A DNA stretch of 64,000 nucleotides from Paramecium tetraurelia (taxonomy: Eukaryota), in contig CT868046.1 of NCBI GenBank assembly GCA_000165425.1, positions 62,001 through 126,000 of the forward strand, given 5' to 3'. This document shows positions 1 to 13,725 of this stretch, piece by piece. The notes below the pieces were generated by a model. The model had not been told where the DNA came from and did not search any database. It was given only the letters and a program-made list of their open reading frames with translations. Each line of letters starts with the position of its first letter. Within the stretch, counting starts at the first letter, position 1. A program made the translations under genes and the position numbers.

Positions 1-1049
1 TGACAATCTTGCAATAACTTGGCTAGAATCTTACAATGATGATTATGATTTTATTAACAAATTCCTATATAGAACATGAATGTTAATTATTATTGGCAAT
101 CATTCATTGTAGATAACTAATTTATTTTTTATTGGGTTTCCTCAAATATGAAATCTTTGATTTCTGGCTTCTTTTTGTTAAATATCAAAGGATTTGCTTA
201 TTTAACAAATTCTAAAATTGTTGAATGATTAATTTTCAATAATAATCTGAAACTTTCAAATTACAATGGATGATCTTCATTTAAAAATTTAAATACTAAA
301 TCTCTTAATTAGGTAAAATATATTGAGTACATCTTCTCGTTTTACTTCAGAAGTGCTTATTCAGTGAATTCCTTTACTAACTCTATCAAAGAGACTCTAA
401 ATTAAGGAACAGAGTTTATTAGTTTCTCAGTTATATTTTAAGTACTTAAATTAGACATCAAAAATGAAATTTTTTATTTAATCAACATACAAAATGTATC
501 TAAATAATAATCATATCTTTTTTGATAATTCTATTCGATTTCTTTATAAAGAATACTCAAAAAGATATCTATTATTGATTGGATATCACAATTTGGTTCT
601 TAAAATTAAATATTCAGACTTTATATAATCAGTTATCTATCTATTTATTAGATTTCATCACTTTAAATTTAGTTTTACTTTTGATCATAGTATTGTTTCA
701 AGAATTATTTGATTTCATTCAAGGAATTAAACTTGATATTCTGATCTCTATTGGATATTATTTAGATCTCATTTTCCTTAATGTTTCGTTCCTCCTGTTT
801 AAAATCAAAAGAATTGAAATTTTGGATAGCATCAATTGAATCATAGACTTAATATATTTTCACTTTTTTTAATTTGATTTCTTCGGGCAATTTCTCCTCT
901 ATTTATTATTTTTAACTTTCCATTTCCTGAGATGTTAAGTAAAAATAAAGGTTAGCTCTTTCGGCCTCACTCAGAGCAAATTCACTTGAAATAGCAGGGA
1001 TTTAGAATTCTTTCAAATACTTGATAATCTCCTTTACTTTTTATTTCAT
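1..1049 (-). CDS. Hypothetical helical protein, 3'-truncated by window edge
   Basis: ATG at 1049. Ciliate-code frame MKQKVKEIIKYLKEFQIPAISSEFALSEAERANLYFYL... stays open without TGA to position 1. No family recognised. Confidence 0.7.
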
Positions 1050-1075
1050 AATTATTTATGATTATTAATTATAAA

Positions 1076-2569
1076 TCATTCTCTCTTTTTCTTACTTATA
1101 TTCTTCTTCTAAAACTATTATAATTCTTATGACCCAATTTTCTTAAAATCATCCTTACTCATAATCTTCTCAGCCTCCTTCTCATTCTCAACTCCGTCCA
1201 ATAAATCTTTCATAGTTTAATCATCCTAATTTGAAACTGTACTTTCCTAATCATTTTTTTTTGAATCAATAGTATAATTATGATTATCATAGTATCTACA
1301 TAAGTCAACTAATTCATATGCTCTTTATTCAACTAATTACATTAATGTGATCTCTGAATTTGGGTCGTATTTAATCTATTATTTATTTGCTATTTCTAAT
1401 AATTCCTTCTCATATTCTTTGATCTCATTTTCAGCCTATTGAATTTCTTTATCCAACTTCTCACTTCTTTCTAATTGTTAAGCAAATTTAAATTTTTCAT
1501 CTTCAAATTCATTATCTTCCTTCTATTAATTTTTAGTGTATTAAGAGATCTATCTTTACAATTCTTCTATTTATTTTTCTTCTAAATCAATTTAATCACT
1601 TAAAACATTTGCCTTTTTGAACAACTCATTATTTGTTTCTTCAATTGTCCTAAATGTATGAATAATTTCTTCAATGGAGTTTAGTCCTGTTTCTTTTTTT
1701 AATTTCTCAAACATCAATTCGTAATTCGTTACATCTTCAACATCCTTCTGCATTTATATCTATTATTTAGGTTATTAGGATTCTTTTATTTATTAGGATT
1801 TACTCTCTTACTTAGTTTATTATTATTGCTATTATTAATTTTTTGGAGATTATTCCTCTGTCTCATCTAATCTATTGGTTTTTAGTATCTGTGTATATTC
1901 CTATTTATTAGATTCGACAACTTAAGTAGCTTATCTAATTAGAATTACATATTCAATTACTCTTTCATCTTATCAAATTATTCCTAACACTGATTTAATT
2001 CGTGTTCTATTTACTTTCTAATCAATAATTATTTTTTAAATTCTTCCTCTTTAGCTCGAATATCGCTTTCCAGTTTCTTAAACACATTGCTGTAAATGAC
2101 TCTCTCCCTTCTTGCTGTATTTATTTACTCCATTAATTGATTGATTTCTGCTAATGATTCATTATGTTTTAGTTTAATTTATTCTAACTAACTAAATATG
2201 TAAGAAGCTGATACCTCTCCAGTGTTTTTTATTTCTTTATTAGACTTGGCAGCTATATTCCATCTGAATTACTCATTTTTTTTCTGTGATCTTGCAACTA
2301 TTATTCAGCATTCTAAATTAGCTGTTCTAAGTCTCGCTTTTATTAAATTCTAGTTTACTTGTTTTTTGCTCTCAACTTCTATTTTTTTTGCATATGATGC
2401 ACATTCTTCTTGTAATGAATTCATCTTTTCAAAATCATTATTTTTCGAGTCTTATTATAAATCTTCTTGCAATGTTTGATTTTGCTATTTCATTTGATTA
2501 ATATGTTCTCTATTATAGAAGGACTGGTTACATATTTGCTGCTAATTAATCTTTAGATTTTCCTTTCAT
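1076..2569 (-). CDS. Outer dynein arm docking complex coiled-coil subunit (ODA1/DC2, CCDC114/CCDC63 family)
   Basis: After removing several 22-23 nt introns: KTLESQLEQIKLKHNESLAEINQLMEQINTARRERVIYSNVFKKLESDI, matching the ODA1 'LENRL..KYNE.L..N..LR..I..LRRER..F....KKLE' block. Ends ...KKKRE-TGA at 1076-1078. Confidence 0.8.
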
Positions 2570-3414
2570 TAATTTTTATATTCTTTAAAAAATATCATTA
2601 TTAATTTACAATTATTTTGAGACAAATTATTAAACATTTCTTTTAATATTTCCAAGTCATTTATCACTAAAATTCTATCATATAATACATATATAAAATA
2701 AAATCCTAAAAATAATGAAGAACAAATAATTTATATGTTTCAACTCTCAATTATTGGAGAATAAATTTGAAAAAATCAATTATTGTCGCTAACGTTTTTC
2801 TGTAATTGCTACATTTCACTTTGATTTGATTAGAGTTATTTCAAAATATGTTTTGAAAAATTCTATCCTATAACTAAGATTTACACTAAACAGATACTCC
2901 TGATTCCTACTAGTAAAAGTTGAAATTATTCCTGTTTAGATAGATTTTTTGTTAAAATTAATAGACAAGGTATGTTTTTTCAATATAAACTATTATATCT
3001 ATTATTTACACCATTTTTAATAAATTTATATACTCTCAATATATAAACCGCTTGTAGTCACGAACTTAAAGCACTTAGAAACCAAATATAATCTACAAAG
3101 CATATTTTAACAAAATTATAAAATTACTTAATAATTGAAAAAAATATTTTTTTAGATTACTTTATACTTCCTATATTACCAAACAATCTAATCTAATAGA
3201 ATACACATTTCTTCGAATACTTGTAAGAGATTTGCACTATTTCATGTGATACATTTGAAAAATCATGTATATTTTTTTTAAATTAGATTAGTATATTTGT
3301 AATAATTAGAATGGCAATTTTGATAACATGCATACAGCAAATATCATATGGAATGAAAGGCAGTTGATATCTTCTATAATAAATTAATTTGTTTTATATA
3401 ATTATCATAAACAC

Positions 3415-3954
3415 ATGATAAGCGAAATAACTCGTAATTTAGGATTATACAAAGCACTTTTTTTAGTAATAGGAGTAGTGCTTATTGTGTTTTGCTTCTT
3501 TTTTAATGTGGCTGAATTATTGTCAACAGGAAGCGGATCGTATTACCTCACCTTCTCAGGAAAAACTCATTCATCAATAAACTCTATGGATTGTTATATG
3601 AATATACCTGACTGCAATGGCGATGCTTTATGCAAAACCGTCAAAACAACGCCTTATTTAGGTGGATTTGCATTGGGATTTGCCGGATTAGTTCTCTTGT
3701 TTTCATTAGGGGAATCCCTCATTAGTAGAGTACTTAAACAATTTCATATTTGGTTAATCCAAATGATATCACTCTTCTTTTGTTGGGCATTATTGTTGAT
3801 TATTCCTATTTTGTATTTGACAGCAGGAAGTAGAATTTGGGATGTAAGTTGGCTTCCATTATTCTTTGAATTTGCCGCCTTATTTTCAACAACCATTTCA
3901 GCCTTTCTTTATTATAAAAGTAAGGAAGGCAAAGGCCTGGGAATATTATCATGA
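3415..3954 (+). CDS. Small four-transmembrane protein (claudin/PMP22-like topology), 179 aa
   Basis: Intronless ATG..TGA ORF with four hydrophobic segments, a Cys-containing first loop and a short basic C-tail. Confidence 0.75.
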   Translation: MISEITRNLGLYKALFLVIGVVLIVFCFFFNVAELLSTGSGSYYLTFSGKTHSSINSMDCYMNIPDCNGDALCKTVKTTPYLGGFALGFAGLVLLFSLGESLISRVLKQFHIWLIQMISLFFCWALLLIIPILYLTAGSRIWDVSWLPLFFEFAALFSTTISAFLYYKSKEGKGLGILS

Positions 3955-4417
3955 TAATGTTATAAACCAATATTTAGATATTTTATAAATAAATCCATAA
4001 AAATTGACCTTTGGTTTGAGCAGAATTAAATTTCCTTCTTGATAACCTCTTAAATTAAGAAAGGACATAAATTTAGAAAGGAACGAGATGATAATGGATT
4101 TAAATCTATATAAAGATATTTTAAATATTTAATTAAATAAAATTATTGTAATCATAGTAGTTTATTAATTTATGATATATTAGAGTGAGAACAAGAAATA
4201 AAATATGAAGAATTATGGTCATCATGAGAAAAAGTATCTTATTTAAAGAGACTGAAATATATCTTTTTTCTGGTTGGTAACTGACAGAAATCAACATAAA
4301 TATAATATTAAATAAATAATATATACATTTGAATGCTATCTTAAATACGATAATTTATTTTTGATTAATAATTATAATAGAGATTTATAAAACATAGTAT
4401 TATTATTATTTTTCTTT

Positions 4418-6842
4418 TCATAAATTTTACAAATAAAGTATAATTATATCATAGAGCACCTGTAAGAATTATATGTAAGGCTTATTTGATATAATTAGCT
4501 CATTTAAAATTATTTCATTATTTGGCCAATTCATAAATATTTCGATATATTATGCACTCTGTCCATTAGAATCAAATTAGAACATACATTCAAAATTCTC
4601 GATGTTGGATATCATAAATTTTTGTTGTTGCAAAAGTGCAAAAAGTAACTAAAACCTTTCTTTGTTGTAATCATCTAAGTAAATGTAATAATGAGTTCTA
4701 AAATCTTTAGGAATATTAATAACTTTCAGTTGATATTGAATATTCGCATTCAAAGAACAATTTAAATAAATAGTATAATTCGAATTAATGGTGACTTCTA
4801 GAGAGCAACTAATCAAATCTAAAAGAGAAATGGATTTATTCCTCATTAAATTGCACTCTATTTTATGCTTACGAGCTGTAAATTAATGTTAAACTAGGAT
4901 GTCAGATTACTTGATATCCAATTAATATTATTAAAATTTATTATGGATTGTCAATACATAATTGATCTTTTCTTCTTCTTGATTGATAGAGACTTCATAC
5001 TGGATATTGAAGTTTTCATCAAGATACAGGGTTTGTTTTTTAAAGAATAATGTTTTCAACAAGCTCTCTATTTCTGGGTTGGTCAGATTATACTAATTTC
5101 TGAAATTAATAATCTTTGTAATATCTTTGGAGATTGCGAACTGCTGTGATAATTGAGGCATCCTATTTTATTAGACATTATCATAATTAGTAGTATTGAG
5201 AGTCTTCAACTGATAATACCCATTTTCCCAATTGTTGATAACTTCTTAGAAGTCGTTATCAAAAATATTAATTAATCTCTGAGTAATCTTAAGTTGAAAC
5301 TTATCCTTATCATAAAGGAGACTCTAATATTGATCTATAATTTTCCTTAGCGTTTAAAGAGTGTGATCCTAGAAATGTTATCCATATAAAAACTTCTTCC
5401 CCTTCTCTAATTTATGGGAATGTTATGCTTGATACTTAGTAATTGCAATTGTTTCTTTGTTGTAGAGATCTAAAATTTAGGTTTACTTTTCATTAAAAAG
5501 AATCTTTTTAATTTTTTATAAATCTTTCACAGTTTTCAGGTAATTAACAACACTTAAATCTTCCATTATAATAGTCTAAGACTGTATATAGGTCTTAATA
5601 TTCTAAATGCCTTGTTTTGTGAAGAATAGTAGGAAGGATTTCATATTAGGAATTAGAATATTTTCCTAAGAGAATTTATTCTTAATAATTTCATTGAGAG
5701 ATTTACAATTTCTGTCATAAGCAACAAAATTATAATGAACCTTAAACAACTTCAACCACAATTACTCATATGCATAAATTGACATAAACAATGCTCCTAT
5801 GGTATACAGGGATCCAAATATTCCCCCTACATAAGCCAAGAAGTCCCCGATACTTACATAATTACGTTTTGTATACAAGGAATACTAACTAGTTCTAAAG
5901 AATAACTTGGCTATTTCTTAATTTTTAGATATATCATACTCATGATAATTCTATTTTTCTGAAGTCTCTTATTTCTCCAACACTACATAGTTTTAATAAT
6001 CATAATCAGTTCCATCATCAATAATTGATGGATTGGTGTAAACATCCCAATTACGAAGGAACATGTCCACAGATCCGAATTATTTTAATGGATTCAATAA
6101 CATGTAATAATCTCTATCTAGGAATCCAGTATAACTATTAGTTTAAGCTGTGTTGACATTTACGTTAGTGATCATCAAATTGATGTTAAGTTCTCCGTCA
6201 ATAGAGTTGATGTAATCTATAGTCTCTTCAGTACTTGGACATTAATAATCATAATCATATTGTCCAGGCTTACAAGGAATGGCAGAAATTTTCAAATATT
6301 GAAACAATTTGGATCCAAATTTGCCTTGTAAGGCATACGTTATGTTTCCGAATTAGGGACATACCCAATCTGTATAGTTGTTGAAAACCAACTATTCAAA
6401 CATATCCACATTATAAAAATATAGATTTTCAAAATCTTTAATAGTGCATTTTGTAAAAGGAACAGTTTAAGTGGTTTTATTGAATCCATCTGTTACAGAG
6501 ATGTGTTCTAATTTAAATGTAAAGTAAGGTTTCTTTTAATAATGATTAATTTGATACATTAATATAGTCAGATTATCTAATTTATAATGCAAACATGAAA
6601 TTTTATGAATTTAACTCAATTAATGATGGAGTATCACTAAATATAGTATTTGTAGTTACTAGCAATTTGTTTTTAGATATTAACGAAACAAATTGTAGGA
6701 TGATGTTGTAAGTGAGCCAACCGACCAAAGCCAAACTTACCAATCCTCCTAGTTTTGTTTAATATTTTAGACGATTAAATCCAATTAATGTTATCGGAAC
6801 TCCGAATATGTCTAATCTTCTCAAAATAGTTGATAATTTCAT
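4418..6842 (-). CDS. Ciliate two-TM membrane protein with large Cys-containing ectodomain (DEG/ENaC-like topology); 3' end approximate
   Basis: MKLSTILRRLDIFGVPITLIGFNRLKYQTKLGGLVSLALVGWLTYNIILQF (TM1), then an ectodomain with WVCP..YALQGKFGS..FQYLKISAIPCK, then RNYVSIGDFLAYVGGIFGSLYTIGALF (TM2) and a long cytoplasmic tail. Confidence 0.75.
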
Positions 6843-6919
6843 TAATGACTATATTTAATATTATGTTTATGGTATTAATCTCAAAAAAGGAATTTGAATT
6901 ATTAAAATTATAAGTATTA
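6843..6919. promoter_or_regulatory. 77-bp bidirectional intergenic region
   Basis: AT-rich spacer between divergent ATGs at 6842 (-) and 6920 (+). Confidence 0.5.
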
Positions 6920-8107
6920 ATGTTGGTTCTATTCACAATATTTACCATCACATATGCCCGATTACTCCAAAGAGGACCCCCTCCTAGGAATGACGATAAT
7001 AGGAGATAGCACAATAGCACAATCAATGAATTATTTGAGAATTTAGCTAAGAACCTAGATTAGGATTAAAAGGATGAATTATCATTTATCAACAGCTATA
7101 TATTTGATTAAGGATATCAATATTACATGAAATAAAATCAAGAAAGAAAAGAAAAAATTCTGGTTGCCTTCTTAGGTATGGCCGAAGAATTAGATAAATA
7201 AACAGAATAAGAAAATAAGAGAATTGAAAATGATATTGAATATTTTAGTTCTCTCAATAATACAGATAAAGATATCGTATTAACCAAGATTTCCAAAGAA
7301 TTAGAAAGAAATTTAAATGATACTACAAAACAGTTCACTAGCAAGTAGGTTTTGAACATTATCCAAAAACAAATTGAAGATTTTAAGGCTAAACCTGATA
7401 GATCAATTTTATCAACATGGGATACAACAAGTTCTATTTAAAAGTAAAAGAAAGAGGAATAAGAATTAGAAGAGATTGAATATCAAATTTAAGAGTTCTT
7501 AGATTAAGGCTTATCTGATGAAGAAGTAAAAAAGAATATTACTTTATTTATTAATCAATACTTTAATGGAACTCAAAACCTGCCAGGTGATATAAAAAAT
7601 ATAGATTAGATTATCAAAGATATGTCTCAACAAGAGAAATAAAAGAATTCTACTGAAACATTCAGAAACATTAGACAAGAAATAAGATAAATTATAAGAG
7701 ACTCACTTAGAGAAGGGAAATCAGAAGATGAAATCAAGGAAACAATTCAAGAATTTCTGAATTAAAAAGGCTTCTAGAACCTCAATTAAAATTAAAAAGA
7801 ATAGATTCAATCAATGATTTCAAATGAGTTCATCAGATTTAAAAGATAAGAAGACTATAAAAATAAAGTATCTTAAAATTCTACTTAATCAGAAGACGAC
7901 AACGAAGATGATGATCCTATTGATACAACTACAAATGGTAACTCAGAAGAATAACATACCTTAATTTATGTTGGAGTATTCGGTGCACTTATATTTGTGA
8001 TGATTCTACTTTTTGTAATTAGAAGGTACAAGATGAAGTAAAACTAAAGTAAACAAATTAGATTCAAAATCCAAGAGAGTTAATAAGAAGTAGAATAAAT
8101 GGAATGA
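6920..8107 (+). CDS. Type I membrane protein (signal peptide, helical acidic ectodomain, C-terminal TM), 395 aa
   Basis: MLVLFTIFTITYARLLQRGPPP... ; C-terminal TM LIYVGVFGALIFVMILLFVI followed by RRYK. Span of 1188 nt, a multiple of 3. Confidence 0.8.
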
Positions 8108-8191
8108 ATTCATTACAATATAACCGATATTAATTTGTTTCATCTCATTCTATTATTATAATAATATCATCGAATATATAAATAGAAGGAA

Positions 8192-8849
8192 ATGACTGAT
8201 CTGAGAGATTTTGATATCAAACAGTTACATAACAATATCTAAAGTTGCTTCTAATATTTAGACAAGTAGATATATAGAGCAATGAATGTAGCACCAATTA
8301 ATAATACTATAATTATTGAAAAACCTAATACAGCAATGTATTTATAAGATGATTTCAAGAGCTCATGAATATAAAGAATTGTAACATCATGTGAAATAAC
8401 TATAAGTAAAATATGATGAGGTTTGTTACAAGTACATGTAACTTTTAACGAAATACCAAAAACTAAAGATTACACTAAAATTCTAACAAGAAGAAATAGA
8501 TCATTAATGCGAATTAATCAAGGAAATGAAATTAACGCAACTTCAAAGACCTGAAGTTATATAGATACCAGTGTATGAATATTTGAGGGAGTTTACTAAA
8601 AATAATCATAGTCAATTAAGTAATTTTTTATAAATATTGATTCATACAAAAAAGATGGATCTCTCAATGATAGAGTTGCTTTAGAATATTGAGAAGTATT
8701 ATAGACCTTAAAATAAAATGCTATTTTAAGACAAATATGTCTATCCAAAGGTGCCATTGAGGAAAATAAGGGAACGAATATTAAAGACATTGCCTGATCA
8801 GGTAGTTTCATAAAATATAGTGCCTGAAAGATCAATATCCTTTTAATGA
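8192..8849 (+). CDS. Hypothetical coiled-coil protein, ~211 aa
   Basis: MTDLRDFDIKQLHNNIQSCF...; removing one 22-nt intron (gtatttataagatgatttcaag) gives an open frame to TGA at 8847-8849. Confidence 0.7.
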
Positions 8850-8899
8850 AATTTTTGGTTATTTTTTATAACAATTGATTATTTATTTATTTTATTTTA

Positions 8900-11800
8900 A
8901 TGTCAGAGGAAGGGAAGAATCTGACAGACAAGTCATTGGAATCCAACAATTAAAATTCTCTATATCGATTGATATATTTGATGGTTCGGGATTCAAATTA
9001 ATCGATTATAGTGCACAGCTTAGCCATGTTAATCACTCTGATGTAAATTCATTATTTCAAATTCCATCATATGGTATAATCATTATTGTATAGAGATTGT
9101 ATCAGTATGGTAGGACAGTAATGCAGACACATTGACTTAAATCTTTGGATATTTTAATTTTACCCATTATTTGTTAAACTAGGATTATAGTGCAGTATAA
9201 ATATTAATTTATGTTTCTATTGCATTATTATGTTTTTGGGTGTTCTTATTTTTAATATCAATCATATTTATAGTCAACTAGAAAGATCCAGTATAATTAT
9301 TAATCAACGTATTAAAATACCTGACCTTTGTGTTTAGTACTATACTGTATATACCTATGTTATTCCTATTCACAGTAATACTTTATTAAGATTATGTAGT
9401 TTTCAATCAGTTGTACAAATGGGTATATGGATGACTTTTCAAATCAAAAATGTTGGTAAGGATTGTTAGTCATAGATCAAATAATATCAATTATTGGATT
9501 AATAATTCTATCCATCATGTGCTCAGCAGTTAATTATTTATTTTTTGATGGTTCTTTTGATCAGGAGAAGGCATTATCAAAGAGAAATGGAAGGTGTACA
9601 ACCTTAACCTCAACTCATTTCGGCATTGTTGTGTTGCTATCTATGTTACCACACAATAGTAATTCATAAGTGTTTTTTGAAGTCTATTAATTAATTGGAT
9701 CAGTGGTTTGCTTTTTATATGCAAAGAGAAATGATGCATATAATAACAGGTTAATGTAGAAGCTGTGTTTGACATTTCTTACTTTAGAAATGTGGGCATC
9801 TCTTATGTTGTGTATATCTAATTTAGTGGAGAAGAGAATAATGGTTGGATCTTTATATACTTGGTTATTTTGCCTGCCTTTTGTATTCATGATATAGCTG
9901 TTGCAATAATAGAAGAGGGAATAGTGTTTGATGATTTATGTGAATAAGTTTGATAATCCTGTTTAATTGGTGAATCATGTACATGAAGTCATCAAATTAG
10001 TAGAATATGATAAAAAAAGATTGCCATAAGGGTAGTTGTTAAATGGTTACATTGAATTTCACAATTAAACTTGTCCAAATCCTTTATGTCCATTAAAAAA
10101 GGTGAAATTCTCTTTGAATATGTTCAAAGTAAAAAATGAAATAGTCAGTAAAACAGACAAAAGACATTAATTAATCTATGATACTATGACAAGGCTGTTC
10201 ATTATGGGAATCGGGAAATTTCCAACTGATGTATTCATTCGAATAGAATACTCACTGTTTACATTGAGGATATTGAAATCCAAACCTTAAGCTTTGGAAG
10301 AATTAAGCAATATTGAAAAACTAAAGACATCTTTTGATGAAAAATATATAGTTTTCTATATTAAAAGTGTGATTGAGGCTGAGATATCCGAGTTAAGTGG
10401 GGAAGGATAGGATTTCACGGAATAAAGAGACTTTGATGAGAAGTTTGGATCCTTTAAATAAGCTATGGAAAGAAGTGTAAGTTTACTGATGGAGTTCTGG
10501 TCTTAATTTGCTGATGAGAAACCTGATTTGGTTAAGCTGTATGAGATTGGATCAAAATTGTTTCCGATTAGGATGTATGTTGATACGACTTGGAAAAGAC
10601 TTTAAAGAATCTAAAATCAATAACTACCATAAGCATTGAGATTATATTCTAAATATTTAATTGAAATATTCAATGATCGGATATCAGGATTTGATTTACT
10701 TGAATAAGCTAGAAAAATAGAGAGTTCGTTTGCTCAAAGAAAAGCTTTTAAATTAGGAATGACTTCAAATTTGAATGTTGATGGACAAGAAGATGGTTGT
10801 GTTTTTATTTCATTGGAAGAGGAGAAGTTTGGTTAAATCTATGCTATTAATATGGCTGCTGCTTCATTATTGGGATTTGATAAAAATGAACTTATGAATA
10901 AGAAAGTCAATAATATTATGCCTTCATTATACGCAAAGCATCACGATGACTTTTTAAGAAGATTCTTGGATACAAATGAAGCCACTCTATTGAATAAAGA
11001 AAGGTTGTTACTAGGGAAGCATAAGAACGGATATTTGTAAGGGATAAATGTGTTATTGAGACCTGTTTATCATGTTTTAAAAGAAGGAGTAGAGTTTGTA
11101 GGTACATTCAAAAAGGAAAAGAGAATCAAGGATGTAGCATATTTAGTTTGTAATAAGGAGTACGTGGTAGAAGATATTTCAGGAGGTTGTATAAATTTAT
11201 TGGGGTTGGATATAAAGTCTTTACAAATTTAAGAAATCCATCTTTTTGATTTGTTTCCAGAGATTAAGGAATGTTATGGTGATTTTAAATTGAAATAAGG
11301 AAAATCGGTTGATTTCATATTGCCAAAAATCTTAGATGATCATATTGCATTTGGAGCATCAGATACATCTATTAAATTAAGTGTGTCCATTTTGGATATT
11401 AACTTTCTAATAATGAAAAATTCAGAAAATGAATAAGGTTTGGCTGGATATTAAGTAAGGGTCGAAAGACAAATTGATTTGTCGACTTCAAATATCAAAT
11501 AATTTCAGTAGAAAACTTTTAAGAATCAAAATTTTTCATTTAGATTATAATTTCAACAAACTGGAATGCATTTCTATGGAGAATTTACTGATGCTAATTA
11601 CAGTGAAATGATCACTCATATCCAAGATTAGAGTATGTTCACTAATTAAGAGTATGATCTGAAAAGTAAAGAAGTTGAGAAGAATGAGGATGTCGTTGAT
11701 TACTCTTAAGGTATCAGGGTAATGAGATTGTTTGAGGGTGTGATCTATGATATAGAAAAGTTTTAATCGGATGCAGATATGGAAAGTTTCGAGGAAATTC

Positions 11801-13699
11801 AAATCAAGAAGGAGGAATAACTGAATCAAGAGAGTGATGAGCCAAATGAATCTGGATATTTTAGATCATCTAAAGAATTATAGGAGACTTTAAATGCATA
11901 AAGTGAGAGTAGAACAATCAGATGGTTATATTACATATCATTTCTACTTACTGTTCTACTGAGTATCTTATGCATATTGAACAATGTCTTTGAGAGAGAA
12001 GAAATCAACAATTAGAATTCTGATTGGAACATGATTATCAAACAATCTGATATGATAATATATCTCAATGAAATCGTATTATATTCAAGAGAATTAATGT
12101 TATTGAATATTGGATTCTCTAATTACAAAGAAGACAAACTACTATCTAATTTGAATAAAAGTATTTAGCAATTTGATTCTATGAGTAAGGACATCTTTAT
12201 GAAGATTTCCTTCAATTCTGATGTAATGATGAATACTCAATCAGGTGAAGAAACAAGTACTTTAGAATAGGCCAGTCAGCAAATTGTAAGTAAATCCCTT
12301 AACATTCAATAAGTATACTCACAATTAAATGAAAATTAAATCGACTATTACTATGTGATCTACAATTCATTAAATGATTTCATTCGTGCTTTATTAGACA
12401 TGTATATGAATACCATAGATTTATCCTACGATCAAACCAACAAATTATATAGTGACATTTTAGTGATTCTCGTATTATCCGCCTGTTTAACATTCATTTC
12501 TTCTATTATCTTGACTTGCATTCTAACAAGCACTCTAGATAAAAGGTAAGAAATCTTAAGCATTTTTTTGGATATCCCAGAAAAGACAGCTAAATTATTT
12601 TATTCGAAATGTGAAAACTTTCTATCCTAAATATCTTCAAATGAAGATGATGAAGTATTAAGTGAAATTGATATCGTTGAGGAAAAAGGGAATGATGAAC
12701 CTGTGTCTCTTTTGGGTAGAAAGAGGAAGAGGTTCAAGAATAATGAGAATAAGCATATGGGATTTTTTGTTAAGATGATATTATTAGCTTCTGTTATAGA
12801 GTCTTACTTTATCATGATCTATTTCTTAGATTAGAACAATGCTGATCAAAAATTAAATATCTTAAACGAATTCAACCAAACATCCTTAAGTTCCAGTTAT
12901 TATTCTATTCTGGTCAATACACTCAAATAATACATTTACAATGACAAGCTCAATTTATTGAATTAAGATAGCAACACTACTATGGTTTAGCTGATTAATA
13001 ATGTCTATGAGATTGATACTCTCTATCAGAAATTACATGCTGTCAATGTGGAACACAATGATATTTCTTATATTGATTATTACAACTCTATTATGTTTGA
13101 TAATCTATGTACAACAATTACATTACAAGAGATCACATGTGAAACCTTTGCTAATGGAATTTTAGATCATGGATTAATGACAGCAGTGTCTAGGCATTTT
13201 CAAAATATCCGAAAACTATACAACTCCTATTAGAATCTCAACCAAAACGCAACCTTAGATTTTCCTTGGTCGAACTTTACTCTTTTAGATCTGTCTGCTG
13301 ATCCAAAGAGAAATAAACTACTCAATTTGCTCAACACTCCAGAAAGTTATGAAATAAGTAATTTAATATTTGTACTCTAGACAATATGTAATTCTATGTA
13401 ATTAAAGATGCATTTACATTGTTAAAGAACAAGTACTTGGATATCACAACGTCTGATCAAGAAAATTACATTGTTCAGCAGCTAATATTAATGATTTTCT
13501 TCTTGTTAACATTGATACTGGCTTTGCTGTTTTGTTGGAACCCCTTCCTAAGAAAATTAAACAGAGAAGTAATTTCTTATCCATAAGGTAGATTTGGTCA
13601 ACCAAGTGCTTGCTGACCTTCATCCCCATCGATGAAATAGCTAAAATTAGAACTATAAATAATTATATTAGGACTGTAATATTGGAATAAAACATTTGA
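8900..13699 (+). CDS. TmcB/TmcC-like multi-TM protein with PAS domain
   Basis: N-terminal multi-TM region, then EFWSQFADEKPDLVKLYEIGSKL and YSKYLIEIFND helical segments, a PAS domain (INMAAASLLGFDKNELMNKKVNNIMPSLYAKHHDDFLRRFL...GKHKNGYL) and further C-terminal TMs. Several small introns. Confidence 0.85.
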
Positions 13700-13725
13700 A
13701 ATATTAATATTTTATATAAATTATA

